A DNA stretch of 63,738 nt, filler included, from Choristocarpus tenellus KU-1152 (lineage: Eukaryota > Protista > Phaeophyceae): assembly GCA_964200185.2 (NCBI GenBank). It is 10 parts of 10 records of this genome, joined end to end, with 100 filler letters (N's around TTAATTAATTAA, not from the genome) between each part and the next. Parts side by side here need not be neighbours in the genome. Positions count along the whole stretch, not along the records: positions 1 to 4,076 come from CAXNAD020016348.1; positions 4,177 to 13,280 come from CAXNAD020003979.1; positions 13,381 to 17,125 come from CAXNAD020018182.1; 7 more parts are not named here. One strand, 5' to 3'. The position numbers were made by a program, and so were the translations under genes. This document shows positions 1 through 13,467 of this stretch, piece by piece; the first letter of the stretch is position 1; the number at the start of each line of letters is the position of its first letter. The notes beneath the pieces were generated by a model that saw only the letters and a program-made list of their open reading frames with translations, was not told the origin of the DNA and searched no databases.

Positions 1-1084
1 GGTCAGATTGAGGGAGTCCTCTTCTACGAAGCCCGTTCTTAGATAGCACATGCCCCTTGTAGGTGGAACACACTTTCATCCTTCCGGTAGTACTATGTTC
101 ATGCAAGCTGATCCCTGGTATATTTGCCCTCTCACCATGTCTATTTCGGAATAATCCCTCTTTTCTCCTCCGCCTCTATCTCCTGGCATTGTCTAGCCTT
201 CCTTGAATCATGGATTCAATGACATGCTGCTGCTCATGTCCATAACTGTGTGCTCCATACACGGCATCTATGTTGCATCTTCAAATCTTCAGTGGGCAAA
301 GACTCTTTTAGTAAGTGTACCTGACAGAAATTGTGCGGGTCAACTCACAGAGATACTCTCTGGCACTGTGCCCAACATCAACATGCTTCAATAAAAGACA
401 ACTACCGTTGCATCAGCTACACTTAAGAAGGCAACTATGACAATATATCCCATATATTGCACAGTGATTGGGAAAGCAGCGTCTTGCATTCTTATTTTGG
501 ATATTTGCGGACTGGTATGCCCGCTCCCAAATTGGAAGTAGCATGTTCATATGCAATTCTTCACCAATAGACATGAATCGCTGCACCACTTCATCACTGG
601 GGAGACTCCACTACCGCCTTACAGAACTCCAGAATCTAGTGCACTTGCATTTTGTACGACTCTTGTCCACAGCATTCCATGCTTATTAAGAACCGTGAAA
701 TTGACTGTTGATACATTTCACAGCAATTTCAGTTAAAAGAAATATTTCGATTTTAGAGTTCTGAATTGACTGCTCAACACAATCACATAGAGTTTAAAGA
801 AGCATCTTTTAAGTCGGGCGATCGTTTTTTTAAATATGACTGTACATCAAGTGTAGAGACAGCAACTACTCTGTGGTATGAGTATAGGAAGTGCTGTGTT
901 TGACCAGAAAATGAATGAGTTGGTTGGTTAGGGTACCATTTTCTTCTGCGTTTCAATGCCTGTAATTCTTTTGGAAAGAAGAGAATACGATCTGGTCAAT
1001 CTAACTCTTGAAAGGAATAGAAAAATATCTTTATCCTCGTGAATATGGGACTCAATGACAAAACATACCAATTTCCTCTGCATC

Positions 1085-1087
<3 letters not shown>

Positions 1088-1123
<36 letters not shown>
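1088..1123. repeat. (TA)n microsatellite
   Basis: An uninterrupted TA run. Confidence 0.95.
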
Positions 1124-1126
<3 letters not shown>

Positions 1127-2799
1127 AAAGCATTTTAGTTTTATTATTGGAAGTTCTGTCCGTACATCCCAGGGTTCCTGAAAATTGGCCAGGCTATCTT
1201 ATTCTCGATTGAGCATCTTCTCCACAGCGTTTTAAGTGCCCGTCCTCTCACTGGGGAAAGTGCATCTAAGTAGGACCGGTAAGGATTCATATTCCTCGCA
1301 ACTCACAAACCAAGCAAACCTCCACTTTCTGTGACCAGGTGTCGACAAATGCACGTGCTGTATCAGGGAGAAAGTGCTCCCAACAAGCTATCCCTGTACC
1401 CCAACTTTATGCGATCCATGTGTCATCATCAAGGCATGTCCACTGAGGGAGGAGCAGTGACAACAGCGCGTGCGCTTTCAGGAGGCGTAAAATAGACCAG
1501 GATTTCACATTCACATTCATCCAGGCGAATAGTCATCATCCATATAGCTCCCCCGTACATGCGAGGCAGAGATAACACAAATGAAACAAGCTCCTGTTGC
1601 CCTGTGTGCAGATTGTGGTGGGAAGTGAATATGGGGACTTTCTTCACCAACGTGTGCAAACTTGCCATATTCATACAAGGCAAAACATTGTAGTTAATTA
1701 ATTTATATATGCCTGTTCGTTCATACCTGACATTGCACTACTGCACTGGCAACGTTCTAGAGGTCTATTTCCCTTGTTCTCCATTTGCGTTTATCATGCC
1801 ATGCCTTTTTGTGCAATCTCAAGTCTGTTCTTTGATGTATAGGACGTATCTTCATACCCTACTATTTCGCAGCGCTTATTTCAAAGTGTTTTAAGGTTTT
1901 CATCTGACCATTTTAAGGGAAATCAGCGCATTTCCATGGTATACCCCAGCCTATTTTTATATTTCTTTTATTGCATATGAAGGACAAGTGGGCTCAACAG
2001 GTAAGTCAAGAAGGATATCATATATCTCAAGTTCTACTACCTTTGTGAACGGAAGGCCAAGTGGTGATTTCATCAGTTTGAGTGGATAAATTATTAGTTG
2101 CATCTCGTTCCTCTCCTGTTCTTGCCTCCTCTTCATCTTCTCAATTTTTTGCAGTAAGAATCTATGTGTGCCAACTCAACTTCTCTTGGTGCAACGAGTG
2201 TTTAAAGAGAGTGATTATTATGGGTGATCCATGTATGTTTTTTGGTGTCCCTATTCTTGACTCCAGCGCGAGTTGGGTGAGTCAAGGAAAAGAAGGCTCA
2301 ACGCCAGCTCAGGCTGAACTGGTGTCCACGTAAGGGAACTCTTGACTGTGTTTTGTTGGTGAGAGATTCTAGTAGTAGAAACAATAGACTTCAAATCTTT
2401 TACTAGTATACAAACCGTGAAAACACAACTGAGATAGCCAATCGAGCCTGAAATCGATTCACATCACGTGATGTGACGTATTTGTGATACATTATGAGAG
2501 TGTAAATTTTCGAGTTTAGTTAGAAGCATTCCCTCAAGTGGAAAATTTAAATAATGAGAAAAGTGTGGACTACTGAAACAGTGCACATACTCAAGTTAGA
2601 TGGTTATGATTGATATCAGCAAATGCTTCTTGACTATGAAGGAGTGTTATTCACGACACAGCATCATCTGCAACTTGTGGTGATCAGAAGGGTGAAGGGA
2701 AGAACAGTGCGTTGTTTGTTACTAACCACTCCAGAACGAGGTTGAAGAAAAGGTAACAAGGGTTTTCCCTTGATATCACCATACTCCAGAGCGTATCCT

Positions 2800-3950
2800 T
2801 AACACAAGACTATCCCATCCTAGAAGAGGGGGATCGGTGTTCTAAAGCATTTGGGGCCGTTGTGACTGCCTTCTACCATATATGCTTAAATCCAGATAAT
2901 AACTTCAATTTTACTATAATTGAAATATGATACATATAGAAGTTCATGTGCTATGATGCACTACAGCACCACCTTTTCTGCACTCATGTTGCCAGAAGTA
3001 TCTACTTAGGGGTCAGCACTCTATGTTATAGAGCTAACAATCAAATACATGACAACCCAAATGGTACCATGATCTATTTGACACTGCTACTACCAGAAAA
3101 AGTTTAGCGCTAGGTTACAGAAGAGCTGAAAAGAAAACCTCAATTTTGATGCCGGTCATTTATTATCTTTCAGTAGTAAGTGGACTTTGAAAATGAATGG
3201 AAACGCCTAACTAGCAACATGATATGGTTGATACACAAAAAACACGTTTCGGATGAACCAATGAGGAGAATCTGAGGCTGGAATTTTTCTATCAAATACG
3301 TAGTCTTGAATCGCTCGTGGGATGTAACAACAATATTAGCAACAATCACCCGCCAAATAATGATAAAACTCGGAACTTCGTTACAGGAAACACACATCTA
3401 CAACAAAACACAGTAAATGGGGTCGATGAAGATGCAGACAGAAGGACAACATTTTGGTCTATGAGAATCTAAACGCCACTTGAAACAAAACAGCCAGAAA
3501 CTTCGCTGGTGTCTTGTATATCTTGGTGAATACTGCAAACTTGCTACTTATATCAGAGGACCACAAAAGAAGAGAGAGAATCGTGTCCTGACGCAAATTG
3601 TCATAACCTCTATGATCGACTGCAGACACATCATGCCCTGCATATGGCTGTGCCTAATTCCCCATATTGTATAGATTGTGTCTAGTTGGTGCTTCATAGC
3701 ACCAAGTTGGTGCCTCATAGCACCAATTCAACCTACTCCACAAAACAATGAGGGGCGACATCAGCTCACTTGGTGCATTTGGGAATTTTCTTCCTACATG
3801 GATTTCATCAGGTTCACTCGACAATGCTCTACTGTACATGTTGTAACAACACAGTCTTCAGTTGTAATACACATTGAACTCCTGTGGTGATCACGTTTTT
3901 GTGTAGGCCTTCCGAGAAAAGATAACTGAAACACGGTACTCCACCTGTGC
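2800..3950 (+). pseudogene. Possible highly decayed Ty3/Gypsy pol (RNase H to integrase) relic
   Basis: Fragments in pol order: KAF, LNPDNNFNF, IWLI...WNFSIKYV, QPTPQNNEGRHQL and WEFSSYMDFI (compare PWxxISMDFI). The resemblance is weak and judged by eye. Confidence 0.3.
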
Positions 3951-4076
3951 AGAGGCGAAATAATAGAAACTCTTGCAACCTGTGAGAGCCACATTCCACA
4001 GAAGGTATACCCTGAAGGTTACCTATCTTGAATATCATGTAGAAGATATACCCTGAAGGTGACCTATCTTGAACAT

Positions 4077-4176
4077 NNNNNNNNNNNNNNNNNNNNNNNN
4101 NNNNNNNNNNNNNNNNNNNNTTAATTAATTAANNNNNNNNNNNNNNNNNNNNNNNNNNNNNNNNNNNNNNNNNNNN
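4077..4176. other. Artificial contig spacer (44N-TTAATTAATTAA-44N)
   Basis: Identical 100-nt spacers with six-frame stops also occur at 13281-13380, 17126-17225, 19996-20095, 26355-26454, 39100-39199, 49200-49299, 55201-55300 and 59194-59293. Confidence 0.98.
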
Positions 4177-4760
4177 CCAGAAACGAAAACCAGAGGAAGC
4201 TTGTCAGCAAAGGGCTGCCTGTACAAGATTTGTAAGTCTGGGAAGTAAATAATATCTACTCCAGACCATCAAGAACCATCTTCCATATCAGAAGCACCCT
4301 GGTGAGGAAGGTTTGGTGGCACAGGACTTCACTCAACGAGAGGATGTACAAGACATTATATTATTATAGGCTTCAAGCCTGGGGGAGTGAGTGCTACATC
4401 CAACAAGAGAAACAGCAAAAGGGGACTGGTTCAAATTTTATCCATAAACTAAGCGAGGGGTCATCATGGGACATGAGTACATCACTGTGTTGGTGCATCT
4501 AAGGAAGCAGGTACAAGACTTCGTAGACACTGTGTTGACTAGATGAATGACATATATTTGAGTTCAAGCAATCAGTGTTCTTTTATTGCGTCGACAAGAT
4601 AAATGTGATGTGTGTGAGAATGTAACCAATCTGACGTCTTTTACTTCCATTTTCATGGCAAGTGTGCAGAATGGGGAGTGTACACAATAAGATGTTTTAG
4701 GTTTGAGAGTTCCAGCAACTTTTCATTGCCTGCACTCTCATGGGAGAGTGTGCAAAATAG

Positions 4761-4990
4761 GAGTGAAAGTATTTTAGAGGGTACGAGTTTTTCCCTGTTT
4801 GTCCATTTGGGGCTTGGCTTCCCATGGTGTATTTTTATTACATTTTCCAACTCCAAAATGTTATGGAATAGGAAAAATGTGTATGTTATGAAAAGGTGTG
4901 TCCGAAACAAGAAGATTGACTGTTGGCACTATATCATCACAATATTATTCCTAATATCGCATGTGAACAATACATCATACTCCCTAAAAT
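4761..4990. mobile_element. MITE family A, copy lacking the right end
   Basis: It begins GAGTGAAAGTATTTTAGAGGGTACGAGTTTTTCCCTGTTTGTCCATTTGGGGCTTGGC. Further partial ends lie at ~17295-17334, 49130-49199 and 55301-55342. Confidence 0.75.
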
Positions 4991-5629
4991 GATAGGAATT
5001 GTAGAGTATTTTGAAATTAGGGTCCACACATATTGATACTATTGTTATGGGGCTGGCATGGTGTGATGGGGAGCGATGAGAACCAGCAGAGATGAGGTTC
5101 TGAAAGCAAGCGAGAGATGAGATCGAGGCATGGTGGTCGTATGTTGACAGCCTCATAATGCCATGTAATCTGCACTGTGATTGATTGTTACTAGATAGAA
5201 CAGAAAACGCATTCTCGGACTTTGCTGGTTTGAATTCACCATTCAAATCGGGGTTACCACGAGCCGGGCGTGTGTCAGACCCATACCACATAACTTAAAC
5301 TGACCTCATTGGTAAAAGGTGGCGCGTGAAAATGTACATGATTGCGCATATTATCCTCATTAGGGTTGGGAGATCCCAAAAGAGATCACCTGTCCTTGAC
5401 AATACTCATAACAAACAAATTCTGAACTTGGAATGATGGAGACATATTTAGGGTTAGGGAAGATCGCATCAACAACACTATTGTTTTTGCTCAGGACATG
5501 ATTCACCAGCAACCCGTTTGGGGGACACTGGGGCACGGCCGCCTCGGGGTCTCGTTCTTTTAATTATCTCTTTTCCAAATTCGGTTCTCACTCGTGTCCA
5601 GGAATCAACGGCTTAGTTTGCGGTTCGCA

Positions 5630-8600
5630 ATGTCGACAGTAGGCAGGTTTTGGCCAAGCAACATGGGGCTGGTTTCTCTTGCGTTGGTCTTCGTGGGTAT
5701 GGGGGGAGTTTCCTTCTCAACCGCCTTACGACTCCAATTGACCCAACTGAATGGCGCTCGAAAGCTTTCTCTTGGATTGCCAAAGGTGGGGCCGAGTCGT
5801 GTCTTCAAGATGCAAATCCACCCAGAGGGGGGTCAAAGCCCATGCAACATTAAGGTGTGTATAACCATAAAGTGGCGAAATTTTCCCTCTCTGAGGTACT
5901 CAAAGCAGATAAACGTTCGGTTTTTGCCATCGGTATAGGCTAGCAAATATGCATATGACCTTCTGATTCATGTAGTTTGTTGCAACTGCTTGTTACTGAC
6001 GATGGCATCTAGAGTCGGTTGATGATACCCTGTTCCTACAAACAAGTTTGAACTTGTAGGCTTGTCATTTGGAGTTCTAATAATTTTTGAACCTATTGAT
6101 ATGTAATTCTAATCCCAACCTCTGTGATATCCTGTAGACATTGCCATTCCGAAGGGTTGTCCGTTCGGTGTTCCATCGCGACATGATTTGGAAAACCGTA
6201 TTGGAGTCCCTGACTTCCCCTGAAACATTCTTCTCAACGAACCTCGATGTCTGCTCCTCTGTGGGACAACATCTAAACTGCTAAAAATCTACAGGTTATC
6301 GGTGTGGGTGGCGGCGGAAGCAACGCAGTGAAGCGGATGATGGAGTCGGAGATTTCGGGGGTGGAGTTCTGGTCCCTTAATACCGACGTCCAGGCTCTTG
6401 GTAAAGTCTATGGGGCGCGTACCATGACTATTGGGAACACCATTACCCGTGGCCTTGGGGCAGGTGGCGTACCGGAAATTGGTAGGCGAGCAGCCGAAGA
6501 GAGCAGGATGCAGATCGCGGATATCGTCTCTGGAACTGACCTTGTATTTGTCACGGCCGGCATGGGTGGGGGAACAGGTAAGCGGGTTAGCTACAGTTGA
6601 TGATGGTTATGGGGAGTTTCGTAGCCAATTTCCATGGTGTTTGGTTTCTGCATTGTTGTCGAAATGATTATGTTGGGATGAAAATTGAATTGAGATTCTG
6701 CCACTATAAGGTCGCTTTACAGAAGGTATGCTGCGTTCTGTTGATGCAAGCGACAAACTTCTAATACCGTTTCGAACATTGAATAGGAGGGTTTACTGCG
6801 GAGGATCAGTGCATGTGTACTGACTATGAGCATTCTCCAGTACTTCCACATAAGCCATCCTTCCAACCAGCCTGCAAGAATCTTGCAGTTAAAAATGTAA
6901 CTTGTTTGATCTTTCTACACCAATCAGTAACCTCATCCATGACCAGAGCCCTCTCTATCTGAACCGTGATACTCCCAAACAAGGACAGTTAACCCATATA
7001 CTACTGACTTACACTACTAGTACCCCTCAATCATTGGGATTAGGTGGGATTTAATTGGCCAATATTCTTGACAAGAACGGGTTGGATATGTTTTGGGAAT
7101 GGTGTTGGATGGCTCCGGCAGTGCCAGAATCATAGTTTAAATTGTATTATGATTGCTTTGATAGTGTGAGGTCCACGCAAGGAGAGCAACAAGATGAAGA
7201 TCGTGTTTAGTCTTTCAGAACGATACTATATTAGTAGCAGATTGTATTATAGTGCTCAAAGTATCCTATATAGCTGTGCCTCCAATGACATTTTTTTGAA
7301 GATGTTTTATCTCTTCAAATGGAGTGGTCAGTCACTGAGATTTTGCCTTTCCTGCAAACCAGATTTGAACAGGTTGAATGTGCGTCCTCTGCTGTGAATC
7401 CACCAATCGCTTATCATTCATCTTATTTGTTTGCACCTGTCTTAGAAAATCTATAATAGAGTTCTCCTGCTACATGTCAAAACCCTAACCCTAAAACTAG
7501 TTACTTGTCCATTTTGTGCCTTTCTTGAGATCAATCTACCTCAGGAGGTACTATTGCCTACTCACTGACAATATTTTCCAATGTGATATGAAGGGGGAGT
7601 TAGAATGACCACTGTCCCGATTTCTTAGTGGTATTTGAAGTGGTTCCCTTCACAGGAGGCTTTATAGTGTCTAGGGTGAGGTTTAGGGTGTACATTGTAC
7701 AAGCCTGATTTTACCACGTCATTACAGTTACACATCACAGCTACACAAAGAGGCCAATCTGAATGTCTAACCTTAGTCCTAGAGGTGCATGTTTGTGTTT
7801 GCATGCACTCCTGCCCTCTGTGTGACTGCCTTATCCATGAATTCGCTCCTGGGCATTGGATAGAATAGATCAAATTATTGGTTATCTCAACATATTGGTT
7901 ACTTGGTCATATTGATTTTGTGTGTTGATTGGAGAGGCCCTTGACTGCAGCTCGGTATGTGAATACACACTGCACAGTTGACTTTGGTCTTTGTTGCTGT
8001 TTTGTGGTGTTTTGTTCATTGACTCAGACTGAAACACTCTATGCGTGCTCCTATGGTAGTACTACTGTCACTACTGTTGACATTTTTTGATCTTCAGGGT
8101 TAAGTTCTGTTTTATGTTTATACTGCCTGTATACAAGTCCCAGGCGTTTTTATTTTGTGTCAATTTTGAATATGCTGATTGGGGGTTAGGGTTAATATTT
8201 GACTCTTTCCTACTGTATGTCAGTGCATGCTTGGCCAAGTACAACCATATCCTGCTGTCATACCCTTCCATCAATATATTGAGATTGGTATTGTAGTCTA
8301 CGTACTGAAGGTTGGGGTTGGGGTTAGAAGGTGTATTCAGTGTGTCAAGGTTCTATATATTTAAATGCTCTAGTGCTGTAGTCTATATTCTGAAGGTTGG
8401 GGTTAGGGTTAGAAAGTGTGTTCAGTGTGTCAACGTTTTGCTTAAATGCTCTAGTACTGTAGTCTACATACTGAAGGCTGAGGTTAGGGTTAGAAAGTGT
8501 GTTCAGTGTGTCAAGGTTTACATATTTAAATGCTTGAACATGTACTGTCTTTTGTGATGCCGTGTTTTTGTTGGTTTAAGGTTTCTTGTTTCTTGCTTCA

Positions 8601-11600
8601 GTTGGTGCATGTACATCTTACAGGTCTATATCTTAAAGGTCTATCTTACAGGTCTATATCTTAAAGGTCTATCTTACAGGTCTATATCTTATAGGTCTAT
8701 CTTTCAGGTCTATATTTTAAAGGTCTATCTTACAGGTCTATATCTTATATGTCTATCTTACAGGTCTATATCTCAAAAGGTCTATCTTACAGGTCTATAT
8801 CTTATAGGCCTATCTTACAGGTCTATATCTTAAAGGTCTATCTTACAGGCGTATCCTATTGGTGTATGAAGCTGTTACAAGCTCATAACACAAAGGGGAA
8901 CATTTGTTTTTTTGATCTAGGGTATTGTTGCTTCTGTGCATCAATTGCTGCTTTGGATTATTTGTTGGGCACATGACGCTGCTCTTATCTTGAACGTATG
9001 CGGGTGTACTTGTTGGGTGTACTTGTTGGGTGTACTTGTTGCTTGTATTGATGCTTTGTTGCACCAGTTGCTGCTTGGAGATTTGATCAGTATTTTAGTC
9101 TATTTCCCCTCTAATCATACCAATGCATGTTGCTTGTCTCAATAGCTTTTTGTGTATAGTGTTAAATCGATCTATGGTTAAATATGTATCCATCAGGGTG
9201 AGTATGGAGCTCCTGGTAGTCCATGAGATGCTCGTTTGATGATTCATGAGATGTCTCTTGTATCAATTGTTGCTGGAACATACAGCTGCACGTACTGTAA
9301 GTACCTATTGACCTTCTAGAGTCAATTCTGCATATTGCTCATGTATGCATGTGTTGACTCTTTAATAAAATCTTGTATACGTTGTTTGCCTCCCCCCCCC
9401 CCCCTTTTTTTTCCCTATATGTTAATATTAAAGTCAATATGGTACTGATAATAATATTGCTAATAATAATGATGCTGTAAATGTATACTATGCAGGTTCT
9501 GGTGCAGCACCAGTAGTAGCAGAGGTAGCCAAGGAGGCAGGGGCACTGACAGTGGGTGTGGTGACTAAACCCTTTACCTTTGAGGGCATGAGGAGAATGG
9601 AACAAGCCAATCAGGTAAGATACGTAATACATCGTTGTTGCACGAACAAGTCCTTTTTCAAGAGTTCATGACCTTGTCAGTTTATGTAGAGTAGGTACAG
9701 GGATCAATCAGCTCACGCTCTGACGGAGTATCTTGATGCACAGGTTAATCTACTGTGGTGATTGTTTGACTGCTGGTGGTAGGGTGTGCCTTGATTTTGC
9801 CTTCCTTGCTGAGGTCTAGCCATGTCCTTGACTGCTAGTTTGACGCGAACTCCATTGCTGTTGTATTTACTGCTAGAAATAACAAGAATATATTGTATAG
9901 GTTGGGAGGGGAGTTTGAATGGCGAATGGTGTTTGTAGTAGTTCTGGTGTGCCATGCCTAACTTTTGTAGTTGTGGAAGTGAGGTGTTGCCTTTCAGAGT
10001 ACAGTTTCTCTTATTCTCCTATCTTAATTGCAGCATCCCTGTTGCTACTGTTGGTGGTATTTTTTTATTGTTCATACTGTTTTTGATCTTGTCACCACAT
10101 ACATACCTCATTCATCTTGAGAAGGCGTTAAGACACATTTTCCTGCTGTTGGACTGCCACTATGTGCATGCATGCTCCTTTTTGGACTCTTCTGATTTTA
10201 TTTTTGTTCACTTCTGATTTTGTCCTATCTCCAACCCTCTTGTGGATATTTCCCTAACCCTACTTCTGTTACTCACACAATTGACATCCTGCTCATGCTC
10301 ATCTCAACTTCAACCCACGTGTGGAAACCCTTTGGCAGGCGATTGCAGAACTTGAGCAGGCGGTGGACACTTTGATTGTTGTCAACAACGACAGACTGTT
10401 GCAGATAATCCCACCAGACACTCCCCTAGAATTTTCCTTCCACGTTGCAGATGATGTGCTCAGACAGGCAAGTCTCGTCCTGTCAAGATACATGGAGTAA
10501 ATGCCATGACTATTTTGAATGTGAAGAACATATTCAGATGTTTGAGGATGTGAGGAAATGGAGGGAAAGAAACGCCTTCAGACTAATAGAATGGGCCTGT
10601 ATGGAGGTCCTGGCACATGATTTTATCGCTATCATGTAGGTGGCATGAGCGTGCACGAGCTTCTGCCTGATGGGGTGTATTTTTGTTGTTGTGTTGCTAT
10701 GACTGCATGTTGTACTGTGTCCAAACAACCCTGACTTTGACCAAATACTTCCTGGTGGGTGTTGTTTTGGATGTCGTGCCATGCAAAGGGTGTCGTGGGC
10801 ATATCAGACATCATTGTCAAGCCAGGACTCATCAATGTGGACTTTGCGGATGTCAGGTTAGCATGACTCAATCAATCCCTACTTGAACCCAACCCTCTAT
10901 CCTTTGCCTTGGTCATGCCTTCACTTATCCCTAACCCTAAACCACGTCTGAGACGTGTATGTGATGGGCGGCCTCGATCGACGAGGGGGATCGATTCTTT
11001 CCTGTACAGTGAAAACGATGTCTGTGTGAAGTGGGACATTGATGACATAGTTAACTGTTTTGTTTTCATTGGGTTAGGGTTAGGGTTAGGGTTAGGGTTA
11101 GGGTTAGGGTTAGGGTTGACCTCGAGAATACTTCAAAGCTATTTGAGATACGCTTTGAAATATGTAGGGTGTACATCACACTTGTAGGTGAGAAGAAGTT
11201 TTTTTAAATTTGGTATGGCGTACTATTTGCTACTGTACTGCGATATTGATATATATATAACTGCATAGTACTGTACTATGAATTGTATGGTACTATTGGT
11301 ACCAGTGTACCAGGGTACTGTTGTATGAATGGTACTAATCTACTTAGGTACTTGTGTACTAATCTACTAAGGTACTTGTGCACTATTGTCATCAAGTGTG
11401 GTATGGCTCTACCTTTCTACTACGATTACATTTTTTTCTTGTATGGTTGTACTAATGCACTATGGTACTTGTGCATTGTACTGTACTTTTCTGTACTGCA
11501 CTATTATTATGAAATGTTTAACTATTTTCATGAAATGTTTATCTATTATCATGAAATGTTTAACTATCATCATGAAATGTTTAACTATTATCATGAAATG

Positions 11601-12679
11601 TTTATCTATTATCATGAAATGTTTATCTATTATCATGAAATGTTTATCTATTATCATGAAATGTTTAGCTATTATCATGAAGTGTTTAACTATTATCATG
11701 AAATGTATGATGTTCCATTGTACTATGGTAGTAATATTTTATCCCACTTTCCTGTACAGGTCGGTCATGGGAGGAGCAGGCACGGCAATGATGGGAATTG
11801 GAAGGAGCTCGGGGAAAGGCAGGGCAGAAGAGAGCGCAAGGTCAGCTATCAGCTCTGCACTGCTGGATGTGCCCATAACTGGTGCCCAGGGCATTGTCTT
11901 TAATGTCCTGGGAGGAAGGGATATGAGCCTGCAAGAGGTATGTTCTCAATGATGGCCTCTTGTTAGGGTTAGGGTTAAAACTTGGGAGGCGTTTTTTATG
12001 ATGGTGGATTGTGGAGTAAGGGTTAGGGTGTGACGTGGGTACAGCCATGAAGGGTTAGGGCTACAACTACTGAAATAATGACAAGAGATACGTTTTACTG
12101 GTTTCAAATACTACTATTCACTAGGAATTTTCAAGTATTAGGCATTGAGCTCTTTGGGTGTGGCATAGCAAACAAGAATTGACACAGCCTCAGGATGTGA
12201 AGGGCAAAGTGACCCAATTGTATGCTTTCCTAGTGCAAAGTCTCTGATGTCACCTAAATATCACTCTTGTTAGATTCTGGGGATTTCTTATCTGGAGATA
12301 TATTTTTGGTAACAAGTTGATACCCACCCAGCTGCACTCAATTGAAGGACCAAGACATGATCGATTGAGTTATTAGTTTGTGTGTCTATTTGATGGTATT
12401 GCAAGGTTATTGCATCTTTTGCTGTGTTTGTGTCTTGTTTGCCTGTAGTCTCATAGTTACTGGAATGTTCCTTGTTTGACACTTGTTATTTTTCACTTCT
12501 TAATATATCTCGTTTGGTAATTGCAGATCAACCAGGCTGCCGAGGTTATCTATGAGAATGTTGATCCCAATGCTAATATCATCTTTGGTGCTTTGGTTGA
12601 TGAGAGCATGGGAGAGGAAATGGCTGTCACAGTTATTGCTACTGGCTTTGGAACTGCCAGGTTGGTGAATAATTGTTGA
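5630..12679 (+). CDS. ftsZ: Plastid division protein FtsZ (nuclear-encoded, spliced, cyanobacterial-type)
   Basis: Exons 5630-5854, 6295-6577, 9496-9614, 10339-10467, 10789-10856, 11760-11937 and 12527-12660(12679) join in frame with AG acceptors and GT donors (one GC donor). The product has [53 protein letters not shown] and ANIIFGA...VTVIATGF. The N-terminus carries a hydrophobic signal peptide ([21 protein letters not shown]; alternative ATG 5663) followed by a basic transit-like stretch. The 3' end is uncertain: read-through to TGA at 12677-12679, or a splice at AG|GTTGGT (12660) to a short last exon. Confidence 0.95.
8292..8535. repeat. Three tandem ~82-bp units, each containing a telomere-like GGGTTAG core (ftsZ intron 2)
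   Basis: TGTAGTCTA...CTGAAGG..GGGTTAGAA.GTGT.TTCAGTGTGTCAA...TAAATGCT occurs three times. Confidence 0.85.
8615..8849. repeat. Minisatellite with a ~28-bp dimeric unit (ftsZ intron 2)
   Basis: AGGTCTATATCTTAA and AGGTCTATCTTAC alternate for about 8 units. Confidence 0.92.
11071..11117 (+). repeat. Interstitial telomere-type repeat (GGGTTA)7 in ftsZ intron 5
   Basis: Seven perfect GGGTTA units plus GGGTT. Confidence 0.95.
11505..11706. repeat. 21-bp minisatellite (ftsZ intron 5)
   Basis: ATGAAATGTTTA(T/A)CTATTATC repeated about 9 times. Confidence 0.92.
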
Positions 12680-13467
12680 TTGTGTTATGGTTGATTGTGT
12701 TAAGGATTAAGGTGATGGTGTGATAGATTGAAGTTGATTGTGCAGTATGTCAAGTTGAATGTGTCATAAATGAATATAATTGTGTGATAGATGTTTGTCG
12801 ATACCCACTGATAATTTTGGGAGAGATAATTTTGGGAGAGAAGTTAACATACACGACAATGTGTTGAACACAGGAATGGAGACTGTATTGCTTGTGATAA
12901 TAGCCTTCCAATGTATACAACGGTAGTTCTGTGTCTTGAAACAAGAAGCAATCAGATGCAGCTGCTGCGGCGCTGGAGTAGCACAATGAAGACTCTCTAG
13001 AAACAAGGCAAGGCTCTAGTCGTTCAGGTCCCATCTATCCCACCTGCTCGTTGTCTCCAGCTTAAGGTGTATCACATGCTTTTTGAAAGTTTGTTTGCTT
13101 GTGTCGTTACTGACACAAGTTATTGCCGTTGAGTCTTCACTTCAACCTTACTGCCGAACCCCTCTGCCCCCCCCCCCCCAATATTCACATGAGTTGCTAG
13201 CTCATCCAGGAGTTCTGTGATTGCGTACTGAGATGTGTAGTACTGTACACTGAAGATTTTGATGTTAGGGTTAGGGTACCNNNNNNNNNNNNNNNNNNNN
13301 NNNNNNNNNNNNNNNNNNNNNNNNTTAATTAATTAANNNNNNNNNNNNNNNNNNNNNNNNNNNNNNNNNNNNNNNNNNNNCAGTCAATTTTGGGTCAAGC
13401 CCATGCTCAATGAAAAGCTCCATCCTCAATTTTTGAAATCGGCTGTTCCCCCCAGATACTTTGAACC

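Noticed and set aside
1-1700. Possible decayed transposase fragments on -
   Set aside because: Only vague motif resemblance (for example VMDMSSSM against VTDNASNM), not enough to support a call.
4121-4132. Recurring TTAATTAATTAA motif and the ORFs that run through N-tracts
   Set aside because: It is an artificial six-frame-stop spacer between contigs, identical at nine places.
6304-6600. A bacterial ftsZ fragment or horizontally acquired division operon
   Set aside because: It is exon 2 of a spliced nuclear gene with a targeting leader, and no prokaryotic neighbours are present.
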